NCBI RefSeq assembly: GCF_022045235.1
Contig: NW_027266297.1
Coordinates: 40,362,001 to 40,426,000 of the forward strand
Direction: 5' to 3'
Source of the DNA: Haliotis cracherodii
Taxonomy: Eukaryota
DNA: 64,000 nt
The notes beneath the pieces were generated by a model. The model had not been told where the DNA came from, did no database searches, and worked only from the letters and a program-made list of their open reading frames with translations. Positions within the stretch are counted from its first letter, which is position 1. Every line of letters begins with the position of its first letter. Of the stretch, positions 1-13,200 are shown piece by piece. Position numbers and translations under genes: made by a program.

Positions 1-925
1 GATCAGTGGGTTGGCTTTACCTGATCAGTGGGTTGGTTTTACCTGATCAGTGGGTTGGCTTTACCTGATCAGTGGGTTGGCTTTACCTGATCAGTGGGTT
101 GGTTTTACCTGATCAGTGGGTTGGATTTACCTGATCAGTGGGTTGGCTTTACCTGATCAGTGGGTTGGTTTTACCTGATCAGTGGGTTAAGATTTACCTG
201 ATCAGTGGGTTGGTTTTACCTGATCAGTGGGTTGGCTTTACCTGATCAGTGGGTTGGTTTTACCTGATCAGTGGGTTGGTTTTACCTGATCAGTGGGTTA
301 AGATTTACCTGATCAGTGGGTTGGTTTTACCTGATCAGTGGGTTGGCTTTACCTGATCAGTGGGTTGGCTTTACCTGATCAGTGGGCTGGCTTTACCTGA
401 TCAGTGGGTTGGATTTACCTGATCAGTGGGTTGGCTTTACCTGATCAGTGGGTTGGTTTTACCTGATCAGTGGGTTAAGATTTACCTGATCAGTGGGTTG
501 GTTTTACCTGATCAGTGGGCTGGCTTTACCTGATCAGTGGGTTGGTTTTACCTGATCAGTGGGTTGGCTTTACCTGATCAGTGGGTTGGTTTTACCTGAT
601 CAGTGGGTTGGTTTTACCTGATCTGTGGGTTGGATTTACCTGATCAGTGGGTTGGCTTTACCTGATCAGTGGGTTGGTTTTACCTGATCAGTGGGCTGGC
701 TTTACCTGATCAGTGGGTTGGTTTTCCCTGATCAGTGGGCTGGCTTTACCTGATCAGTGGGTTGGTTTTACCTGATCAGTGGGTTGGTTTTACCTGATCA
801 GTGGGTTGGTTTTACCTGATCAGTGGGTTGGCTTTACCTGATCAGTGGGCTGACTTTACCTGATCAGTGGGTTGGATTTACCTGATCAGTGGGTTGGATT
901 TACCTGATCAGAGAGTTGGATTTAG
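1..925. repeat. 22-bp minisatellite (~42 copies in window); each unit reads CAG|GTAAA on the gene strand
   Basis: Unit gatcagtgggttgg(c/t/a)tttacct repeated from position 1. Confidence 0.97.
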
Positions 926-1203
926 GCTGCTTCCATACTTCAGCAATATTGCATACAACATTAGACTTCCAGTACCTGTCTTCGATATTATGAACATGAC
1001 AGATTGACTATGTCATCACGACACTGCATGTACCTAATGTGCAGAGAATAAAGGTCATACACTCACTGAGGAGTTGATGAGATAGACAGGACACTGTTCT
1101 GTGACATTCATCCATCTCAGTTGGGCTAAGAAGCTGAATTACCTGTATGATAGGTTTGCTTAATAGTACTTCCTGAATCATGTGGTAAAGACTCTTCACT
1201 TAC

Positions 1204-1255
1204 TTGAGCTGCTGGCTTTTCTGGGGGAGACTTGATTCTCCTGACTCTTCGTGGA
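1204..1255 (-). CDS. CPLANE1: CPLANE1 coding exon 22 (52 nt)
   Basis: SPRRVRRIKSPPEKPAAQ; ttccacag| ... CAA|gtaagt; phase 2-0. Confidence 0.65.
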
Positions 1256-4200
1256 CTGTGGAATAACAGAATGCATAAGTGTGAGTGAGTGAGTTTGGTT
1301 TAATGCCACTTCGAACAGTATTTAAGTTATATCCCTGCGTACCAGCTTCATGTTAGAAGAGTGATGGAGGTATAGATGTTACAACATTGCTAAATCCCAC
1401 AGCAACTGGCATGATGCCGAGATATCAAGAAACATAATCAGGGCGAATCTGGGATTCCAACCAGTCATAGATTTCACAACTCGACACAGCAAACTGCAGC
1501 ACCTTGCCGGACTTGCGACCAGTGGTCCCGAACTTCTGTTTTACATCTTTGAAGACTATTTCTTACCAGCATGCAATAATGTCCAGCTATTCACTTCCAT
1601 CTCTGTGCTGACATGGTAAAATAACTAAGTGAGTATGGTTCAGTGCTAACAGTCTTTCAGTAATGTAAGTCATCTTCATGTAGGAGTTCAACAGGTCGTA
1701 GACATTTACCACTTTTGTGGAACCCATGATCATGTTCTTTGTGCTGAGAATCACACCTTGGGCTAATCTGGGAGTTCCAACTAATGGTCACTGCACAACT
1801 AACGGAAGCAACTCCACAAAGCCAATTGCAGAACCACAGACCACTTGGCGACCCTTGCCCCTATGGTTGAAAGACACACAAAATGTTACCTCAATAATGT
1901 CAAAAGCATAGCAACAAACCATGAAAAACGGTTTCTGTTTAAAGTTTGAAAGCAGTACCATTTATAATATTGCAACCATTTTTCTAAATCTTTACCTTTT
2001 CTTAATTCCATAGCTCTCCTGTACTCTCTGAGTCTTCACACTGAGAAGCTGCTGGCCGAACCGCTGCTTGTCCATCTCCGTCTGCTCCTTGACATACTGT
2101 CTATGAAATTCCTCTAGGTGGCGCTGCTTTTCCAGCTCCCTCTGGTGGACCTCCTGGTGGTGACCGATCACATACTCCGGTGGGACCAAGCGGCCAAATC
2201 CTGGTGGTTGTCCGATGTTCAGGAAGGCTGACTCTTGCTTGGGCATTTTCAGCAACGGCATCCCAAGGTGGCCATCTTGAGATGATGAGAACTGATTGGA
2301 CGGACTGTGGTCATATGGCGGGGGATGGATGGGGAACTGCCCCGGAGTTGTCTTATGGAAGAAATTGGACGGAGCCTGATTGAGATGAAGTAACGGCATT
2401 TCGGGAACTCCCTTCCCTTGCTGTTGGGTCGGATCATTCCATGCTGAGACAGGGATGTGAGGTAGTTTGAAGCCATCGTTCATATCTCTTCCTGCTGGTA
2501 TTCGTAGGAATTTGGGGAAGGGAGAATCAGCAGGATGTCTCAAGTCAGAGATACCAAGTGGCAGAGAGTTCTCTTTCCCTGGTGAAAGGCCATGCTGGAG
2601 ATTGGAGTGTTCTGTTGTTGTTCTTAAGTTCCGCATCTCTCTCAGCACCCCTCTTATTGGGGGCTGATGTGAGCGGTTAAGGTCATCCACGGTCATTGAC
2701 CTGTCCTGACCTCTATAGGATGGAGCTTGTTGTTGAGGTGTGATAGGATAACTCTCAACATCGGGACCATCAATAGCACCCATCATCGCCATCAAGCTCT
2801 TGTGTTGAACCTGGCAGGAAAAGTCAGTTTTATTCATCAGTCATCAGGTGTAGAATATATATTAAAACTTTCCCAAATCATAGTACTATCTTAAACAATA
2901 ACAATGTGAATTTTTTGTACAGCGCCAAATCCATCCCTAAACATGCTCAAACATCATTATTTGAGTCAATGGTTCAGTGTGCACTCAATTTTCATCTTCA
3001 CTCAACCCAAGCTGCCTGGTGAGGTGCTATCACATTGCCATCTAATCCTCCCAGGTAACCATTTACCATTGAGTGAACAGAGGCATATTTCAAACAAAGA
3101 CACTTGCTCAGGGAGACACCACAAGTGCTACATGTGCCTCAGGGCAGGGCAGGACAGACGCCCTGGAAACTCTCAGGAGTCAAGCCCCCAAACTTGATCA
3201 CCCATCCAACTACTAACCACGACCAATGTTCCTTAGCTTCACCTGATTTGTGACTGGGCGCTGTGCACAGGACCACGTGCCACCACAACATGCCTCCAAA
3301 TATTGCTGTTTAGAATAACTAAGACTAAACTGACTGAAACAGAAACAGAGTCAGTCATCTAGTAGGCAGCCTTCTTAAAACATAACCCTCAAAACTCTAC
3401 ATACCTTGCCAGTGCCAGTCCATGATAATTTTGCCTGGACACTAGGGCTGGGACGAGTACAAATTTACTACCCGGGTACCCACCACCTTATTAACCGACC
3501 CTACCCGGATACCTGCTGTTGATATTTAGAGATAGGTACAAACTGTCCGATATGGAAAAGTTTGAAAGTTTGACCTTATTCTTGGCAAAATGTATTTAGA
3601 TATATGTGTAAAACGATCTGGTCATGCATACACTGAAGTTTTATCTTTATTCAAACATATAAAAGTCAGACGGAATGGGTGCATTGTCAGAAAGAAAAGG
3701 GAACATTAGTGACTAGATAAATTTTGTCATTAAACAATATATCAAGTGTATAACCACCCGTCCGGGTAGTCCTGTGGGTACCCGGGTCCTAGTGAGGACC
3801 CACCTGACCCGAGTATCCGAGTTACCCGTCCCAGCCTTACTGGACATCTACACGGATTTTAAACATGCCAATAATCGCATTAAAAATTGATTATCTGTTT
3901 GAGAATAGGTAATTCTGTGCAACAGACATCGGGACCCTCCACACTGACCTCCATAATCCTCCTCATCTCCGAGCGCACAATGTTCTGCAGCTGTGACGCC
4001 AGATCTCCACCAACAGCTGACCCTCCGCTTTGCCGTGCATTCTCCGACTGGTGTATCGACTCCCTCAATGAAGGGCTTGGAGACCGGACTTTCCGACTCC
4101 TGGTGGTGCTGTTCGGGCTCAGACGTGGACTCCTGGAGTTACCTCCCCTGCGTGAGCCCCTGGAAGAGGAGGTCTTGGGGAGGGAGGAGTTGAGAGGCTG

Positions 4201-7200
4201 TTGTATGGCTTCTGCGGGCAACTGGACGGTTCTGTTCAGCAGGGACACACTACCTTGTCTCTGGGGGCTACCAGTGCTGAAAGAGAGCAGGCATGCATTA
4301 TCAAAAGTCTTAACAGTTTTATGTTTGTTTGTTGTTTAACAGCACAACTCCATTATTCCAGCTATATGACGGCGTTGGTAAATAATTGAGTCTGGATCAG
4401 ACAAGTCATCGATTGACATCATGAGTATCGATCTGCACCCTTGTGATACAATACCATTTGATCCCGGAGTAATTATGGTAACAATGTCATGTTCTTTGAT
4501 CATATAATTATTGTCATAGTTATTATAATTAGCATGACAAATCACCTACCCCCTGATGATGGAGAGTTGTCCTCCATCCAGTTCATCACTAGCCAGTGAA
4601 CTCACATCAATAGAACTGCTGTCATCGCGACTGTTGATGGATGGAATGAACGACATCGTGAAAATAAAACTGGACATGGGCACTAGAGTTCATCTCAATC
4701 TATGATAATTATTTAGTGCCTAAAATCTAAATACCATAATACATACAAATAATCAGGATAATGTTGAAACTTGTTTAATAATATTACTATCATCACATTC
4801 TTAGTCAGCATACAGAATTTTATATATTTATTTTCAATCCACACTTGATGCACATTTGATTTGACACAATAATTACCAATAAAAATTTTCCATATATTTT
4901 TTTTTTCCTTTTCTAAAATAGATTTGATTTTAGTTAAAATCAAATATAAAACTGATCACAATCTATCAAGCGATTCTTAAGACATAAAATGCATTAATAC
5001 TCTGTCTAAAATGGCTGTAGTTGATTGCCAACAATGACACTTAGTAATGGTCACATTGGTCATGAAGCATTTGGACATTAATACAAAACTCACCTATCAA
5101 GGACTTGCTTGTATATTTCATTCATATTCTCAACATCCAGAACTGCTGATGACTTCAACTCTATATCCCGACCTTGAGGGGACCGACTCAATGTCCTCAC
5201 CCCTAGGGATTCGTGGGAGGGGCTTTTCCCCCGGGGTGAGAGAGATGACCTTGTCATGCCCCCCGGGGGACTGGAAGCATTGTTGTTAAATGCAACATAG
5301 TCCGCTAGGCGGCGTCTGCTCCTGGACCTCCGACCTCCAGCCTTTGCATCCTCCACTTCTGAAAGGTGCAGCGGTTGTTTGTTCCCAGTGTATTTGTTCT
5401 CTAGGAGCCACAGAGACAGCAGGATGAGGTGGGCGGGGATCGATATCTTCATCGTGGGTCTCAGATCAAACTGATGCTCCTTCTTCCCGAGGCCCAGCGA
5501 GTGAGGCTTCCTGCTCCAATTCTCGAGCCATTCTAACTGATTCTTCAGAGGTGTATACCGACGGCCAAAGTTGACATTCAGGGTCCAGAAATGATCGTTA
5601 TCTTCCTGAGGATACAATGCCTCTTCAGACTGATAAAACCTTGATGCCAGCTCTGACAGGTTCTGTTGGCTGCCTTGTCTTGATGATCGAGCAGGTGTTC
5701 CTACCAACTCATTAATGCCATTCTCACTTTCATACCTCCGAACTGGAGAAGAAGGTTTATCTGAAGATCCCATTTCAACCACACTCTTACTTCGGAAGAG
5801 ACCCTTAGCTTTCATCAGCCGCATATGGTCGCTGTCTCCCACAGAACCCTGTCTCCGGAAAACTGAACTGTCCTTCCCTCTGGGCAGAGTCTCAACAGAT
5901 CCATCTCTTGGTGTCAGTACAACCAGAGAATGTTTTCTGTTTCCGTGAGATGATCTTTCAAGAAAAGTTGTCATTTCCCTGTTCATGATAACTTCCGCCC
6001 ACGGCAATAATACAGGGTATCTCTTTTGAATATGTCTCTCTAATTCTGATTCAATCAGACGGCCAAAACTGACAGAACAGAAAGTGTCCATAAATTCAAT
6101 GAAATATCTCTTCGTCTCATATGGCCTGGAACCAATATTGAGATCTGGAGGGTCTTTTGATGAATTTGCAAAAACAAATTCGTCATAATTCCCGAAACAG
6201 ATTCTCCTTTTCTTCAAAACTTTTCCAGCAACTTGACACTGCTTGTGAAAATAAACAGACAGCGACTTTCCACGAGGAGATGCTTTAAAGAATGTGACTG
6301 ATTTCCGTCCACCTGTTGGATCATCATCATCGTCTACATCAGCATCTACTTTAGCTGACCTCCCATCATCCTCAGGCTGGACAATGACCGTCTGCCACTC
6401 GTGCAGGATCTTGTCCACCTTCTCCTGGACCTCTGCGTCGAGGTTCTCCATGTCGTAGAAATACTCCGCCAAGATGTCTGCTGTGTCTTCAGACGGGGGT
6501 AGCTCCAGCAGGAGAGAGAGGACGACCTTGTACACACAACCCTCGTCTGGCAAGAAGCGGCTGAACGCCAGAAGGTGGACAGCCCACTGGAGGTTGGTGA
6601 AACACTCCTGTAGCCATCGCTCAGACCCGTTCTCCTACAAGTAGATGTCATGTATGCAAACAGTGAGATCGTCACGCATATATTAGTATTTCTCATGAAA
6701 TCAATTCCATAATTTTCCAAATGTTACTGTTGAGAAGTATTCACATCAATAATCTTTACTAATTTAATCACTGTTTGCTTGTTTTTAGGAAACATGTTTT
6801 CCTCAGCATGAATACACAGAGATAATCCAGCTTATGTTTTCTTCATTTCATCAATTTTATAATAAATTCACTTTCACTGCCCTGTTTCTAAATTGAATGG
6901 CAATAATATAATTTTCATCAATTTTAGCTTGTTTGTTTACACAACATTAATTAAAAGACATACAAAGTGTATTCTCTTTAATAGTATTTAGCAGTATATT
7001 ACATTTATTCCAAATTGCAATTATTGTTATGCACTTTTGCCTACACCTTACCACATAAGTAGTGCTTACATCAGACCATCTTTGGATTTCAGTGAACAAT
7101 TTGTTCATTGTTACTCTTGGACATAAAACTACCAATATGGCCTCGTATGAACAAACAACAATGATTAAGTCTTCCTCTTTCCAACCTTCATGGAAGCACA

Positions 7201-10200
7201 ACTGGTCCTGCTACCTTTGTCTCTTACAAAACAAGATGGGCTTACACCAGACAACTTTTGGTGTGAATGAATTCGAGATTCCTTTAGGGTAAAAAGCAAA
7301 CAAAATCAGCTTGTATGAAAATAAGACAATGCCCTGTTCCCACTGACCTTGCCCTGTCTGTGGAAGCTGAGCTGGTCAAGGTACTTCTGTCTCTGCCGCA
7401 GACACAGGGAGAGTTTGTCTCGGGCGTGGAGCATCCACACCACACAGCAGACGTCACGGAAAGCTGACAGCACCAGCTGCACGGACTCCCCATCCTCATG
7501 TTCTGCCAGGCTCAAGTCCGATGCCAAGTGGTCCATCAGTCCACTGAGGAACTTCGGCAGCTCTGTACAGGGTCCTTCAGTGTTGGCCTGAGGAAGTCAA
7601 CCTTAGATCACATCTATACCTGGTGCTTGTATTCATATGCGTGGGATAAGCTACGCCTTAAACTGTACTTCAGTTATACCATGTCAGGCTGAAGGAAAGT
7701 ACAATACAGTCTGTGGACACACTATCACTGTATGGTCCTGACAGACCAAGGATCATAATCACGTCAAGTCTGAGAGTCAAACCATCTTCGGATCCTGCTA
7801 TGCGTAAAAGTCACAACTTTATAATAAAATCCAATTTACATGAGGTTCTAAAGTGTTGATCACTTTAGAACCCCTTTATTCATTATAACTTGCTACAAAG
7901 CATTTTCCACATCAAAGTGATCCCATATCAATTGTCTGGGTGCATGCATGTTGCTTCCCTCTGACAATAAGCAAATAAACATTAGTGGACTTTTATTTTT
8001 ATCACAACCATATCATTTCCAACTTTAAAATAATTCCACAAAGCCCGAAACTCAATCCATGAATATGAATGGCTTCACTCAGAATAATCTCCCTAGTACA
8101 CCTAATCAACGCTGACCCTACACTGACCTTGAACTGTGTGGCCTTGTGCTGTGCCTGCAGGAGTCGGGTCACATACCAGTGCGTGACGTGCAGGGAGAGG
8201 TGACTGGCCTGCAGGAAACTCAGCATCAGCTGGATCAGAGATGCCGCCTTCCTCCGCAGCTGCATCTCCATCCCCACTGCGGATCTCACCGACTCCTGTG
8301 GGCAACAACGTCATCAGCAAACAGCAGAATCGTGACATACAACAGTGGGCGTTCCCAGGCCCTATCAGCAAACAGCACCATCTTCACATACAACAGTGGG
8401 CGTTCCCAGGCCCTATCAGCAAACAGCACCATCTTCACATACAACAGTGTTCCCAGGCTCAAACACACCTGGGACATCATGACTCTCAAAATATACTGTT
8501 AAAGAAATTTGCGATCCAGTCTGCATTTGTGATGTAATTGCAACTTTTGTGGAGTAAAAGCAGCTCTGGTTGATGAGGCGAGGTGAAATGGGGTTTAACG
8601 TTGTGTCCAAGATTATTGCACTTATATAGCGACATACATGCACGTGTGTGTGTGTGGCTGCTTGTACTAGTCAGGACTGAAGCCGATTTAAAATGCTATC
8701 TCACTGACATACTATGCCGCAATTTAACATGAATACCCCCTCAAACACAGTATACTGACTCCGAGCCGACCAGTCCTTGTTTTAGCCCTTAATGCAGAGC
8801 GACAGACAGGGTAACAAGTACCATCATTTAACGTCTTTTGGTATGACGCAGCCAGGGATCGAACCCTGGACCTTCCGCTCTCCGGGCAGTCGCTCTACCA
8901 CTAGACCAGTGAGGCGGTCCTCTAGTCGATGACATATCACGGCTTCCCACACCTTTTAACCATCTGGGTCATTGAGACTCACAAGCAATTGTCTTATCAA
9001 ACAAATCAAATGTTTGTGAGTCTGGGTTTGCTTCACAATGTGACTAGAGAGCCTTGTTAACTCTGTCAGATATACCAGCTGTATCTCTTACAAATAATAC
9101 AGAGCTCTCCAATCTCAAAATTATCAGTCTCATTGCGACACAAATATGTTGTCAGTTTGTTTTGTAGTGCTGTGATTGGTTTGTGAAATGGGACCATGAC
9201 TGTGACTAACAAGTGAGCAATTTTCATACTGTACTGTTGCATAAATATGGACTTTATACACTTTTTGCACAGACTATCACAAAAATATTCATGGAATATG
9301 TACATTCACAAGTTTGAGTGAGTGAGTATGGTTTTACGCCACTTTTAGCAATATTCCAGCAATATCACGGCAGGGGACACCAGAATTGGGCTTCACACAT
9401 TGTAGCCATGTTGGGAATCAAACCCGGGTCTTCGGCGTGACGAGTGAACGCTTTAACCACTAGGCTACCCGACCGCCCCTGCACAAGTTTGAAGGACAGA
9501 ATAGGAATTAGTGTGATTCAACAACATCTTGCTGCCACAACAAACTATAGTATGTCCACAGTGGTCTTAGCTACAATTGTCATAAGTCTACGCAAGAGTG
9601 ACAGTGGCTCAAGAGATGCATGAATGGGACAGGGTAGAGATCTGGCCTGCAACTGGGGGAAAGGGGTAGAAATCTTTGGGGACAAGGGGAGGCAACTCTG
9701 ACACAACAGTCTTCAGTTAAGACTCACCTGGCTTGTAGCTGAAGGCTGGGGGCAGTAGAGGGGAGGGGCAGGTAGGTAGAAGTCCTTGGGGACAAGGGGA
9801 GGCAACTCTGACACAAAAGCCTTCAGTTAAGACTCACCTGGCTTGTAGCTGAAGGCTGGGGGCAGTAGAGGGGAGCGAAGGGGTATGAGTCCTTGGGGAC
9901 AAGGGGAGGCAACTCTGACACAACAGTCTTCAGTTAAGACTCAATTGGCTTGTAGCTGAAGGCTGGGGGCAGTAGAGGGGAGCGAAGGGGTAGAAGTCCT
10001 TGGGGACAAGGGGAGGCAACTCTGACACAACAGTCTTCAGTTAAGACTCACCTTGCTTGTAGCTGAAGGCTGGGGGCAGTAGAGGGGAGCGAAGGGGTAG
10101 AAGTCCTTGGGGACAAGGGGAGGCAACTCTGACACAACAGTCTTCAGTTAAGACTCAATTGGCTTGTAGCTGAAGGCTGGGGGCAGTAGAGGGGAGCGAA

Positions 10201-13200
10201 GGGGTAGAAGTCCTTGGGGACAAGGGGAGGCAACTCTGACACAACAGTCTTCAGTTAAGACTCACCTTGCTTGTAGCTGAAGGCTGGGGGCAGTAGAGGG
10301 GAGCGAAGGGGTAGAAGTCCTTGGGGACAAGGGGAGGCAACTCTGACACAACAGTCTTCAGTTAAGACTCACCTGGCTTGTAGCTGAAGGCTGGGGCCAG
10401 TAGAAGGGAGCGAAGGGGTAAAAGTCCTTGGGGACAAGGGGAGGCAACTCTGACACAAAAGCCTTCAGTTAAGACTCACCTGGCTTGTAGCTGAAGGCTG
10501 GGGGCAGTAGAGGGGAGCGAAGGGGTATGAGTCCTTGGGGACAAGGGGAGGCAACTCTGACACAACAGTCTTCAGTTAAGACTCACCTGGCTTGTAGCTG
10601 AAGGCTGGGGACAGTAGAGGGGCGCGAAGGGGTAGAAGTCCTTGGGGACAAGGGGAGGCAACTCTGACACAACAGTCTTCAGTTAAGACTCACCTTGCTT
10701 GTAGCTGAAGGCTGGGGGCAGTAGAGGGGAGGGGCAGGTAGGTAGAAATCCTTTGGGACAAGGGGAGGCAACTCTGATACAACAGTCTTCAGTTTCTCTA
10801 CCAGAGTCTTCAGTAACCCTGGCAACACATCAACCCTCCCAACCATGGCACCTGTCAGGATATCCTCCAGGGTCTTCGTCAAGACTTTCATATTCGTGTC
10901 CTCGTCAATAGCAATGTAGTCTGGAAAAAACAGGTCCATTCACATCAATCCATCATCCCTGCAGTGTTAACCCAAATATCTGTCATCCCAAACATTGGTC
11001 CACTCGTTGATAGCTGCAAATGGACATACCTTGAGTGAGCTGTCGAGACTTGCTCAGTGCCTCACTTGACGTCTCTCCCAGAAGCATGCCAAGCTTCCTC
11101 TGTAATATGTTGCCCGGCAACAGGGAATCAGGAAGTGTCAGCGGTTTCCTCTTTCTATATAGAAAATATTCAGGAAATTATATACGCCCATCAAAGTCAA
11201 AGGATTCACAATGTCAAACTATCCTATTGTTCATATCATCCTCGCACAATTAGAATAGAATCAATCTTTAACATTGTACCTAAATTGTGGGATAGCCTAC
11301 TGATTAGAATATTTGCTCATCACACAGGAGTTCTGGGTTTGATTCCACACATGGTACAATGTATGATCCCATCCTTTATATCCCCCTTGATATTGACATG
11401 GCAGGAATATTGATAATAGCAGCGTAAAAGTCACCTAGCTCACTCACAATTATGCATATTTGAGATGTATGTCATCAATTCAAGTAGAAATGCATGTACA
11501 GTCAAGTCTTGTTAATCTGACACTCGTTAATCTGACAATCAGCTTTATCCGGAACAAATGATGGGAACCAATTAAATCAGTGCTATTTTCACCCAGTTAA
11601 TCCGACAGTCTCGCAAAATCTGACACACCTAATTTGCAATGAATTACCAACAATCTCGTTAATCCGACACAGTGATCAGCACACTCAGTTGTCATCTGAC
11701 CGCTTGTACACATACTTAGATTACCTCAATCTCATTAAAATCAGATACAAGTTCTTGCTACGCTGAGAACATCTCATTACAGGTCAAGTCTGAACAACCT
11801 TTCGCGAACTTTGACTGACCAATGAAATGACTAACAGGAAGTCGACATTAGCCACTAAGAAAGCAGCTTTCTTGATCTTTGTGGCACTAGTTTCAAACTG
11901 GCGACTACCATTCCAAACTATGCTTTTTTTTAAGTATTTTGAATCAGTCTTACAGTCCGAAACTGTTGTTTTGTGTTAAGCTTCAGAGGTTGCATGACCA
12001 GAAAACATATCCCACTAACAATAAAACATAACAATATGAATATTTCATTTTTCATTTTTTAATTACAATGTGTTTGTATCGTTATCTATCGTGAAGTTGG
12101 CCAATTTTCGACCACAAATGTTGATACTACTAAGTTTTGTTTATCCGACATCCTCATTAATCCAACATAATCATATGCAACCAACCATGTTGGATTAACG
12201 GGACTTGACCGTATGTACTATGTACCTACTTCTCATAGACTTTGGGGGCTGTGAAATGGTGCTGAACACAACCCACAGCCATCAGGAAAGCAGCCTTCCA
12301 GTCGCCCATCTTGTCGGCGAACCACGTGGCCTCACAAGCCAGGCCACTGAGCAGTAGATACTCCAGAGTGCGCTCCACGGTCCACACACTGCCCAGCTTG
12401 TGCTGTCGGATCACGCCCGTGATGTCCTCGTGGTACTGAGGAATGATCCGATTGTCTGAAAAACAATTGGCAATTAATTTGGTGTTATTTGTTGTGCATT
12501 TTAAGCTTATCTACTATACTTTACATACAATTGATATGAATATTGTAAGGGCTTTATCTACTTATGATTTAGGCTTAACTGATACACTGTACATTTCCAT
12601 GATAATTGATAAGATTATTGTGAGGGTTCTACTTACTGTACACTTTAGGATATATGTACAGAACATTATTGGTATATTTACAGTACACTTTTGTCTCTAT
12701 AGTATGAACAGTTTAGGCTCTAAATAATGTATACTCTAGACTTCATATTTGTGGCTCCATGAAAAGTACATTTTAGGCTCAACATATATACTTTAGGCTC
12801 TTTTTATAACTTAGGCTCTAAATAATGTATATTTTAGGCTTTATATAACCTCCCATTTGGGTTTATACCTGAAAAGTTTGATGTATTATTTATACCAGTC
12901 ACATGGTGGATCTCGCATGAACAAGTTTCTCTTATAATATGTAAAATAATTGGTAAAACAAGATATCACAACTTTGAGTTTATTAGATAACCCTAATAAG
13001 TACATAGAGCCCAAAATGTACATTTTATCATCACAAGGGGACATCCTATTTTTTCAACCATTTTGAACACTCGATTTCCGGTGACATACTGTGACAGAAA
13101 TTACGACAGTGTATGTAGATTCCACCTTTATTCCACTGAAACACTGCACGACAATAGGTGAAACCACATGACAGTAGCTTAAACTGCACAACAATAGCTT

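Noticed and set aside
7214-7281. Extra 67-nt CPLANE1 exon
   Set aside because: Phase 0-1 would break the frame between exons 17 and 18, and the splice sites are weak
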